Origin: Heteronotia binoei
Lineage: Eukaryota
Assembly (NCBI RefSeq): GCF_032191835.1
Contig: NC_083243.1
Location: forward strand, 168,020,001 to 168,084,000
Reading direction: 5' to 3'
Length of the DNA stretch: 64,000 nt
Position numbers and translations under genes: made by a program. Below, in pieces: positions 35,601 to 47,600 of this stretch. Position 1 is the first letter of the stretch. Each line of letters starts with the position of its first letter. The notes under the pieces are model-generated. The model saw nothing but the letters and a program-made list of their open reading frames with translations. It was not told the origin of the DNA and made no database searches.

Positions 35601-38600
35601 TTAGGCCACACCCCTGACACCAAGCTAGCCAGAACTGCGTTCCTGCTCAAAAAAAGCCCTGACTACATGTAAATGATGTTAATGAAGGGCAAGAGCAGAA
35701 TAAACTGCCATTCATGCCGTTCCATTTAAAAAACAAAAAAGCACTTTCTTGGGAGTAAGCCCCATAGTCCTGAGAAATATTCTAAGTCAGGGTGGCCAAA
35801 GTATGGCTCTTTCATACATATTGTGTGACTCCTGGAGGTTGAGGAGGAACTTATTGCAGGCTTACATTCAAATAAGCATGCATAGCATTACGACCTCAGT
35901 CAGCCTCTGAGCGTTGCCGCACAGGTAGGCAACTATTTCTGCTGTGTATGAAATGGGGAATGAGAGGAAAATAGGCAGGCTTGCAAGCTCTTCTCCTCTA
36001 CCACAGAGGTTGTCCAGAGGCCTAGAGCAGGGAAAGAGCACAAGAGCCAAGGGAGCCACTGGAAGGAGGAACAGAATTAAAGAGGGTGGCACAGGGTTCC
36101 TCCTTAGTGTTATACCTCTTGTAGGAGCTGTATTGACTAACCTTCGTGTCAAGGCAAAGAGAGATGTATAGTTGGCTTGCCAATCCTCAGGTCCCAGCAG
36201 GGGTTCTTCTGCTTTCCCAGGCTCCTTCCCGCCCCCAGTCAGCTGACCGGCGGGGGGAAGCCCCGCCCCCACAGAACCATGTGCCTTTCCACCTCCGGAG
36301 GCTTCACTCTCCGATTGAAAGGCTTCCTCTTGGGATGGGGGGGTGTCTGTGTTACGTTGAAGAAGTTGGCAGCAACTCATGAGTAGAGAGGCCAATCCCT
36401 CGCTTCAGAGTCGCCAGAAACCGGGTGGGGGAGGGAAACGTCTGCTGAACACTTCATTATTCCCTAGGTGGAGATCGATTCTCATAGGGTATAATGGGGA
36501 ATTGATCTGGAAGTTTCACGGGCTCTGGGGGAGCTGTTTTTTGAGGTAGAGGCACCATAGTATCTAGTGCCTCTCCCCAAAATACCCCCCAAGTTTCAAA
36601 ATGATTGGACCAGGGGGTCCAATTCTATGAGCCCCAAAAGAAGGTGCCCCTATCCTTCATTATTTCCTATGGAAGGAAGACATTTAAAAAGGTGTGCTGT
36701 CCCTTTAAATGTGATGGACAGAACTCCCTTGGAGATCAATTCTGCTTGCCACACCTTGCTCCTGGCTCCACCCCAATGTCTCCCGGCTCCACCCCCAAAG
36801 TCTCCAGATATTTCTTGAATTGGACTTGGCAACCCTAATATATAGTAATGCAGACGGTGGTCAGGGAGAAGAAAACACATATGGTACATGTGTATTTCCT
36901 TCTTCCACTGGTGCCAAAAAATAATTCCCTAACCTTTCCCTATACTGGTCTTATGGGGACTGTTATTCTCAGCTTTTGTTTTTAAAAAAGTCTCCTTCTA
37001 GTTGTGTTGTAAAGTGCATAAATATGTATTTTACCTTCCTGTGCAAAGAAAGTATTAAAGAGTTTTAATAAAGATATGTGAGTAATATTTGTTCATGCCT
37101 TGCGGCTCTCAAACATCTGACGTTTATTCTTAATGTTAAGCAAGTTTAGCCATCACTGTTCTAAGACCTGCTTCTGAAACTTGTATAGCTGCCAAGCTAG
37201 TTCCTGCCTCTAGAGGGAGTAAAAGCTCATACTATGATTAGTCACACATCAATCTAAAAAAACCCCCAAGATGGGAGTTTCTCTAGATTCTGCCACCATG
37301 TTTCAAATGTAAATATAAATTGTGAAATTGGGATTATTGGACTGAATCTCTGTGTGTAACTACCAGAAGGGGCATTTTCTGAACTGAACAAGTAACATCA
37401 TATTTACAACACTGTTGCACATTTTGACTGCCTACAGTATAAAATTGAAATCCTGATAACATATTATACTGAAATCCTCATATGCGCTAGGTAGCTTGTG
37501 AAATTCTGTGCACTTGGTGGAAACATTTTTCTTCTTCCAAGTTGCTAATGGTTACCTTTTAATGTGTGATTTATTCTCTTCCTTGATTTAATGTGCTTTT
37601 TAGTGGTTTTAAAACTATGTTGTGATGTTTTTGCTAAGTGTCATTTTATCATTTTACTATTTTGTAACTGCTGACTTTACTGCTGCTATTTTAAAGTAGT
37701 TTTAAACATAATTTTGAATTGTTGCTGGTTTTATGAGTTCTTTATTGTGCTCTGAGACAAGAAGTTCAATGTAGCTAGGACTCTGCAATCGGAAACTTGC
37801 TTGGAATGTCAAGACTAGCTGGGGGTATGAATTGATAATAAAGAATGGGGTTATCTTGGAACTTTCAAAAAGTACCTTTGCTTCATTAAGTAATCACAGT
37901 TTATATGCTGGCTGGAATGTCTTCTTGGCAGTCTTATGCCTAGATAGTCTTATTTCTAGTAATTAACCCTGTCTTCTGAGCCACTTAACATATTTCATAG
38001 AAACCTGGATGTTCTGAACTTTGTGGCTGTAAGTTTTCATCCTGATCCTTTGGGAAGCAGGGAAGATGTAGACATCAGCACAAATGTACAATGGCCAAAT
38101 TTAATAATAGAAATGCTAGAATTTTCCAGTCACATGTTTTCCCTCTGGTTAGCACACCCAGGGATTTGCTTTTAGTTCGGTGGTTCAAATAAGAGTTTGC
38201 TTTTCTGCTGTTAAAGCTGGTACATGGCCCACTAACTGTTGGACTATAACTGAAAGATGCCATTCTTTCCCACACTCTATATTTCTGAAATGCTTTTCAT
38301 GATAAAATAGCAAAATACTGAACAATATCTTTGCTGGAAGCAAGCCTCCAACACTTCCAGCAATACTGTATTTGTAAACATTTCTTTTATGTAATGCAGG
38401 TTTAAAGAGGCATCAAGTTGGTTGGCTTTAAGGGAAACCTCTGCTCATGTTGTGGTTATTCTCTGTAAACCATTTAACAAATTGGTTGACCAATAGCCAT
38501 CCTGTTACCAAGTCAATGAATCCAAAGGCGTACCCATCAGAGACCAAACTGACCACAGTAGCACTTTAGATGCTATCAACAGCGGCAACAGTGTTAGGGC

Positions 38601-41600
38601 ATTTGCTCCATATGACACTTCATCCGGTTTATAATGAGAATGTAAAACTTGAATGGACTAGAACAGGCTTCCCCAATGTGGCATGGTACCCATGGTTACC
38701 ATGGTGCCTGCCACTACTTCCCTAGTACCTCCTGAGCTTTTCAAAAGTGAGTCAAGCCATAGTAAAGAAGGTATTGTTATTTGCTGCCCTCGTTCAAGTG
38801 AAAGTGTCTTCAGTGGCTGCAATAGTGACTGCAGTCATTGGGAAGTGCCCGGATTTTCCTTAGTCAGTGTATGGTTCCATTCCCCTTCAGGCCTGACTAA
38901 CTGCTGCCATTAGCCTCTTGCAAAGCAGAGAGAGAGATGTGTTCTCCATGGAGCTGGGCTGTTGCATGATGGGGAGATAAATGTTCAGGAGTAGAGGTCC
39001 ACTCTAATTCTTCAGGCTTGCTGTCCTTCCAGTAGCACCACCGTAACGTACAGGTAATACTAACCATGACAAATCAATAGCTGGCTCTGAATCCAACAGC
39101 TTTGTGTATTAGCATGGTTGCCATGTGATTCTTTTGCATTTGGCTCAGCCCCCTGTGGCAACCATTTTGGGGTAGCACTCACCACCCCCTCTCAAAATTC
39201 CAAAATTGCCTGCAGACTCAAAAAGGCTGGGGACCACTGGAGTAGAGTGTATATTCAGTTTCTCCCTCTGCACTATATATTTTTTCTTACCATTTTGGTT
39301 CACTCCATTTGGACCAATCCACTGGTGCTGCTTCTTCTTGGAATCTGCAACAAGGGAAGATAAGAGGGAGGTTAGGTGACGGAATAAATTGCAGCAGATT
39401 GCATGGTTCTCAAAATGATGATTAACAGCTTTACAGCTTATACAGGACCTGAAGCAGAATTGGAGCTAGTGTCCCATTACCTTTAAGCAGCTCAAGCTAG
39501 TGAAACATATATTTGTCTTTTGTACTTGACTCAACTGACACCATTTTGTGAGGCATTCAGTAAAAACCAAACCTCCAATGGTGTAGCCTGTCTTAAACAC
39601 TATGTAATGTTACCTGTTTTTCAGAACAATGGATAAATCAAGAAAGCCACAAACTCAAAGGTCCAACTAGACATACACTTTCCATGTAGCATTGCAGGTA
39701 CTTATTAATGTTGCGGCCATTGGTTGGACCTACCACTATTGCTGTTGGCACCTGAGTAGAGCACGTCATGAGCTGCCACCACTGCCTTCCTCCCTTTGAC
39801 CTTTTCCCTTTCTTGTTTGCCCATAGTCTCAATGAGCAACTCTGTTGCTGCACCAGCCTTCACTGGACTGAGGTGAGGTAGAAGGGAATGGGGGGAGGAG
39901 GAGAAGGGACAGTACATGGGCTGATTCTCCCTCAAAGGAGGGGGAAGAAGTAGGAAAGAGAAGATAATGAGGGAAGGATTAGGACTGGACACCACATGTA
40001 CAAAAATTGAGGGGATCCCACAACTCACATCTGACTGTTACACAGGATAGGGACCCCAGACCCAACTTATATACTCTTGTAAATAGGATAGTCACATCCC
40101 TGTAGTGTATGCTTCTATGCTGGAAAGTACATGGACAATGCTTTTCCTGGGGCTACCACAGATCTGTGTGAATGTGCGCTAAACTGAGGCTAAAAACAAA
40201 TGTCACTTACATTTATTTGCCAGTTTTTTATAGGCAAGGGGGACACAAATAACCAGGAAGACTGCTGTGAGGACCAGACCTAAGAGGATTCTTAAGATGG
40301 TTTCTGTGTAAGACACTGGTTTGGCATCTTGGCCTGGAGACAGAAGATAAGAGTGTAAATCGAATCACTACTAGGAGAAAGCTCTTCAGAGAAATATTAG
40401 TGGCTTTAACAATAACCAGCAAAAACATCCTCTCCCATTCTTCAAAGCCATAAAGTTACACCCAGCCTTTTATCTCACCTTCTTTAACACTATACCTGAA
40501 ACTCCAGTTCTTATGGTTCTTAGCTTACACCACAAACAATATTCTAGTTCCCTCTAACATCCAGAATGCCTGCCTTGAGATTTAGTATAAGAGAATAAGT
40601 TGTGTTCAGACCTCACCTATAGGTAATATAGGGATAATATTCTGCTTTACATTACTGGGGTATTTTAAGGATTTCTCAGGTAATGTATATATGAAGAATA
40701 TGCAACTGTATATGTGTTATGTCAGGGAGAAACTCCCCCCGCCCCCGCAGCTTCCTGTTTTCGCTCAATGGCATCCAGCATGCCTCTGACAGCACTTGTT
40801 GACTGGAGGAGGCAAAAAGTTTCTGTATTGGTTAATAACTTCTACCTAGAGGGTAGCCAAACAGGAGTCAGAAAGTATTTGGAAAAACTTTCAAAGCTTC
40901 TCAGAAAAAAAGTAGCATCTCACAAAACAGGGGACTGAATTCCTCAGAGGATTGCCATGAACAAAAGGGGGGGGGGTTTCACTCTTTCCTCCTCCCACAG
41001 CAGATCTCTGACTGTCCTTGTGCTGTGTTTGGGGGTTCTCTGTTCTACAGGAGCAGCATTTGGGGCTCTAGGAAGATTGGGGAGGCAAGAAAAGCCATTC
41101 TACTGATGGAAATCCCTTCCATTAGTGGAAACGTGCCACAGTTTCCAAAAACTGAACTTTCCAGTATTCATCTGTAAAATGAAATTGGTTGTTATTGCAG
41201 AGGGACATCTCTATGCTGAAGTCCTTTGTACTGGAGAATAGAGTAAAAACCAGTTCAGTGGAGATTTGTGGGGTCTCACGAACCATGAACCTTCTCAAAC
41301 CTCCATTTTCCCAGTTCATGCCCATCCCTAGTCCCAACTGCATATTGTCAACCAAAATGGAGTGCAGGGATAAAGCTAGCTATAGATAAAGTGCAAGGAA
41401 GGGATTGTAGGTAGTTGTCATATTCCTCATTGTGTGGTTTTGTTCTCAGCTCAGTTTTGTATTCCAGATGGTTGAATGTTCTATAACAGCAAAATAAAAG
41501 AGGACTCCAGTGGCACCTTAAAAAATAATAGCACAAGCTTTCCTTAGTCTTTAAGGTTTTGCTGTATTCCTGATTTACACAGAGTTATATGTTCATCATT

Positions 41601-44600
41601 ACTATGCTGGAAAGGTTGAGAGGAGAGATGTGTTTCCATTGAGATCCAAGTCCAGTTTAAGAGCAGCTGGGAGGGGCTCAGGGTAGGAGGCAGGAGGTGA
41701 GAGACAGGATGGTGTTACTTAGTTACAGCCTTCAAAAACAGCCACAGCCCATACAAATAGGCCAGTAAACTGAGAGCCATTCCACATAATATGCAGAATG
41801 AGCTGGGAGAGATAGAGTTCTGGACTGCACCACTTCAGACTCCAGGTAGGTGTGGAGGGGGGGGGTTCATATTTTTTAACATTCCCCTGTGCAAAACTTT
41901 TCCCTGCATGTTTTAAGATAATACACAGACAAACAGGTTTAGCACAGCCCTTTCCTTGACTTACTAAATGTGTTAAAAATTGTATATGTAAAGAAGAATT
42001 TTACAAAATGACTTCCTACTTGCAGTCTGAAATGGTACAGCTCACTATCATTTCACTCTCATTTACTATTCCGATTATACTGCTTCTGACCCCTTTGCCT
42101 GCTTCTTGTAATAGTGAATTAATATTACAAGCCAATTTCTTCAGAATTCAAGGAAGGAAAAGCAGCCAAGAATCTGTGTATGTTCTCCCAGACAGTTTCA
42201 CTCACCTGAACATTTTAGTAAGCTTATACTCAAGCATTCCTTGGTTCGGTTCAAGCACTCCAAGCTAAGGTTCATTTTTTCACACTGCACCTTTGCCCAC
42301 TGCTCAGGCTGCTGCATCTTCCCCTGGTCCTTTATTTCTATTGAGTCATCACAGTCTGCTTCCTGGCAGATCTTGGGGGCCAGTTTTGTCCACCATCTCT
42401 GTAAGTGCATGCAGACCATTTCCTGGCTGTCTCCTAAGTGCTGTCCTGCTGTCCCAGAGCATAGTGAGGTTACAGCTTCTAATCTGGTCCTAAGGAGGTC
42501 TTATGAGAAAGACAGGGGAAAATTAAGTCCAATGCACCAACAAGTAGTTGTGGTTAACAGCATCCAGTACCAACTGGTCAGTCCCTGGATCAAATCTAAA
42601 CACTCTTCATAAATTTACTGAACAATCTTACAAAAGTAATTATCTACATTGTAGGTGCTGTAGAATAAATATACAATAATTCAACCTCAATATTCTCCCC
42701 TGCACCTGCAAATTGGGCAGACATGGGGTTCAGATCCCTCACTTAGCCATCAAGTTTCCTGGGTGACTTTGACACTGCTTAGCCTCTCACAGGGGTGTTG
42801 TGAGGATAAAATGGAAGCAGGGAACACCATGAAGGCTGTCCTGAATGAGAAATGAATTAGATCTATATTAATACTAATCAAGATCCATTGTAAGGAAGAA
42901 AAATTGTGTGAAGCATTTGACTATTTAGGAAATGCACCAAGGATAGATCAACAGCCCTTCTTGGCCTAGTGCAAAGATGGCCAATCTGGACAGAACACAG
43001 AGGGCTGATCATTCTGGCTGTGAATCAGACCTACTGCCTATCTCATGCTGAGTTGCTATCTATTCCCTAGCTCAGTGCATTAGACAAAAAAAAAAAGTCA
43101 TAGTAAGACCCATGCGACTGCATATGTAATGTAGTGGGACTATGGGACATGATTTGTGGCACACTTTCCAAAGAAGCTGGTCATCATTGGTCTCTAGGAC
43201 TGTTGTCTTCATCCTCTTTAGTCAGTACCGATGGTGGTCTTTTTCACTGGTCCAGGTATGCCTTTTATAAGAACATCATAGTGGAGGCAATAAGCCACAA
43301 TCAGAACAGAAATGCAAGATGTCAGATAAGTAACTTTCTGGATACCACCATCTCCATGCTGTCCCCATCTTCAGATGTCTGCAAATTATCTTACATTTTA
43401 CAGGCCCATGGCAAGTAGCTATTCGCAGTAAGGATAAACTTGTCGTATGCCAGGGACATCGGATTTCTGATTTTTCTCTGTAAATCTCCACTTCCCACCT
43501 TCATTTTTATTCTGAGATTATATTTTTATCACAATTATAATGGATCACTTTCAGCAGTAAAGATGGCGGTGGGATTGTGCATTATTATTTTCTTACCAGG
43601 AGTCGTTGAGGAGGTCACCAATGGTGCTGATGTCTGGAGTAATCCAGAGAAGATTTTAATAGGATCTGAAATGACAAAACCCAACATATTTTAAGAGGAA
43701 AGAGAGATCAACCAAAGAAAGAACATAAGAGAAGCCATGTTGGATCAGGCCAATGGCCCATACAGTCCAACACTCTGTGTCACACAGTGGCAAAAAAGAG
43801 GAGTTTCATAAGTGGGGCTAGAAGCCCTTCCACTTTGCCCCCCCCCAAGCACCAAGAATACAGAGCATCACTGCCCCAGACAGTTCCAATAATATGCTGT
43901 GGCTAATAGCCACTGATGGACCTCTGCTCCATATTTTTATCCAAACCCTTCTTGAAGCTGGCTATGCTTGTAGCCACCACCACCTCCTATGGCAGTGAAT
44001 TCCACATGTTAATCACCCTTTGGGTGAAGAAGTACTTCCTTTTATCCATTCTAACCCAACTGCTCAGCAATTTCATTGAATGCCCATGAGTTCTTATATT
44101 GTGAGAAAGGGAGAAAAGTACTTCTTTCTCTACTTTCTCCATCCCATGCATATCACGTCACCCGCAGCCAATGTTTCTCCAAGCTAAAGAGCCCCAAATG
44201 TTTTAACCTTTCTTCATAAGGAAAGTGTTTCAAACCTTTAATTATTCTAGTTGCCCTTTTCTGGACTTTTTCCAATGCTATAATATCCTTTTTGAGGTGC
44301 GGTGACCAGAATTGTACACAGTATTCCAAATGAGACTGCACTATTGATTTATACAGGGGCATTATGATACTGGCTGATTTGTTTTCAATTCCCTTCCTAA
44401 TAATTCCCAGTTCCCTTCGTAATAATTCCCATGAGAGATGAAGAGATGAAGACTGCTGTAATATCTTAACAGTGGTAATGACCAATGTTTTGGTAGTGGT
44501 GTGATCTCAGTATCACAGCCTGGCTTGCAAGCAAGCAAGTTAAAGATGAATCAGCCATAAGTCTTGCTCCTCTTATATAGTTTTAAGAGGCTGCCCACTT

Positions 44601-47600
44601 TTTAAAAAGTGTATTGAAAGCAGTTTCACTCTCATGAAAACTTTTTGAAAGTGCTGAAAAGTGCTCTGGAGGGTGGGGTGGGGGGTTAGCTGTATTGATA
44701 CAGGTATAGGTGAAAGCCAATAGCTACCCTTCTTCACTAGCTTTTCTGTTCAAACTCCACCACACTGAAAATGTGTAAAAGCAGTTTGTCAGAGCTTTCC
44801 CCAGAATAGGATAAGGTTTGTTTATATTGAAAACAGTCAAGGGTATTTTTAATGCACCCCTACTTGTTTGAAATGTTTGTTTTATACACAGACAGAAGGA
44901 ATCAAAGAATAATAGTATTACCTTGACAGAGTATGGCCACATTCACATATTGCGTGCAGTTAGATGTATGTAGTTTGCAGTCCTTCAGGGCAATTTCATC
45001 CCCCTGGCAGCCTATTTTCATGCAATCTTCTTGTGTGTTCGGTGTTGTAGAAGTCTGATTCAGTGTGCCCCAAAGGGGACCACAGTGAAGCTGTTTACAT
45101 GCAACTTCTGCATTCTGCTGCTTCCAACTGTTGCTATGAATTCTTTTCAGTTTGTCTTGGTGAAAAATCTCCAGCCATCCAAAACATCTTGAGTGGCCAG
45201 TGAGTCTCACATTCCATTCCATCAGGGAAGCATTAAGACACTGGCCACCTAGACAGAAACAAAACAAGAAGCATAGGTTTCTTCTTCATCTTGGTGCTAT
45301 CAGCCCAAGACCTCTACCTCTCCTTTCCCAGAGCTGAATTCTCACATTCAGGGCTTTTTTTTTTTTAGCAGGAATGCACAGGAATGCAGTTCCAGCTGGC
45401 TTGGTGTCAGGGGTGTGTGGTCTAATATGCAAATAAGTTCCTGCAGGGCCTTTTCTACAAAAGAAGCCCTGCTCACACTTGAGATGAGCAAAAACATTTT
45501 GGCTTGAGATGCACGTGTATCAGCAGTTACAAGCAGCTTAGAGAAAGAATGCTTCAACACAAGGTAGGTTTCTCCAGGAATTCTGAATCAGCTATGCCCA
45601 ACTGCTTTGCAGTAATGTGGGAATAATAGTATATGGGGATGAGTAGGCAGTATATTGCCTACATAATCATATTAAAAAGTTTAACAAAGTTTAATTCTGG
45701 GTACAAGCTTTTGTGTGCATGCACACTTCTTCAGATACATTGAAACAGATTTACTCAAGCCTTACATGTATGTGTGGGTTTTATTTGCCAGGAAGGGCTA
45801 GGAAGAGTCAAGATGCACACGTAACTGAGCAAAAAGTAAAACTAAGATTGAATTAAAGCAATTGGGATGACCTGTGAATAGCAGCAAATTAGCATACAGA
45901 TAATAAAAGTTAACAACAGATGTGAGAATTGAGTCCAGTGGCACCTTAAAGACCAAAAAAAAATTCTGGATATAAGCAAGAACTGGTTATTGAAAAGGGC
46001 AAGTGTTCCTAGGTTAGGACGATAGTCCTCAACTTGTACAACTTGAAAAGTTTCCAGTCTGTTTTTGGATCAAAATCAGAGTGCTGGCTTTAATGCCCTA
46101 AAATTTGGCGCAAAAGTAATTTAAATGCCACCTTTATTCACATGACAACTATTAGACAAGTCATGCTGTGGTCCCCTGATAACAGAAGTGTGGCATGTAG
46201 TAACATGGCTCTTGGTGGTTGTACTGGGACTCTCTCTCTCTTTTTTTTTTTGCCACTGTGTGACACAGAGTGTTGGACTGGATGGGCCATTGGCCTGATC
46301 TAACATGGCTTCTCTTATGTTCTTATGCTGCAGTTTCAACTATCCTGGCTTTCAAGAGGCTAGTGAAGATAATACTTTGGGGATACATTGAAATGGGCTT
46401 GTTTTATTTTTGCCAATGTGTTTCATATTTATTCCACAGTGCTTAAAACTGAAACCAGCTGATGTTAGAGCAAATGTCTTTTGCCTTGAAAATTCTAGAG
46501 TTGCCATAAATTGGCTGTTTCTTGAATGCACTTTCTACCACCACCATATTGGAAGGGTAAGGGGATACTCTAGAATTTTGATGGCAATTTCAGCAAAAGG
46601 GTTTTTTTTTAGCACTAAAGGGCTTTTTAGGGATGCTCTACAAAAAGGGAAATGGTAGAAGTAAACAGGTGCCAGTAATCCAAGTGTGAACAAAGTGCGG
46701 AGTTATGCCAGTGCACTAAACAATTGCACAGGATGCCTCTGTGTATATTTTGTTACTTATTGGAAGATCTTGTGTTTGTGCACTGCTTCCTAATAAAAAT
46801 ACTTGAAACAACTAGTGTTAGGACTGTGGAAACTTTATGGATTATTAGTCAACATGTCAATTCTCAGTACTGCTAAATTGCATGCCTTCAATTGTGCAAA
46901 TGGGCTTTGTTATACAGGCTCTTTGTTGATCTCTTTCTCTGGATTTATATGAAGCTTGGTTCTTTAATTATCATTGTTTTCTGACCCCCTAATCTATAGC
47001 TCCCAGTAATGCCCCCAGAAAGTCTACTCCATCCATCCAAGTCGGTGCAGAATTAATCCTTTGCTCTGGTTAACACACATACTTAAATTATGGAATTGCT
47101 TGCACTTTCATAGGAAAGTTAAATGTTTATCTCCTTTTGGTCTCTTATAATCCACAGGCTGAGCAAACATATAGTCAAAGCTTTTCCAGAATTTTGCTGA
47201 CTTCATAACTCATATAGACAAGGATCTAAAGAGCCCTCACTGTGTGCAAAGCAGATTGTGGGGCATTAGGGACTCCAGCAGGATGCGAGAGGCAAACAAG
47301 CCATCCTTCGCGGCCAGAAATTCTTGCTGCCATGGAAACTCTGCTTTGGATCCAAGCCATTATGTTGTACCCGGCTGGCCCTGGCTGCTTGCATGACCAA
47401 CAGGTCCATGGTGACTTCTGATACCAGCCATCAGCGGCCTATCAATAAACTTATCTTCTGGCAAATGATCAACGTTAGCAGACTGACATGCAGCCTGTCT
47501 TCTCTGCTGTAGGCCAATATCATTCCTACAATATTAGTGGAGTCACTTTGTTATCTGATGTAAATGAAAATGGATCTTTTCATGTCACAGTGTAATGAAT

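Noticed and set aside
41485-41550. Penelope-like terminus (gaaagctt...taaggtgccactggagtcc on -) as another ribozyme
   Set aside because: The CUGANGA core and stem II are absent; only a relic.
43276-43491. KIICRHLKMG motif as the missing CD5 SRCR exon
   Set aside because: The phase-1 frame from the nearby acceptor hits a stop within 20 codons and the Cys spacing does not fit. At most a decayed relic; an HMM search would be needed.
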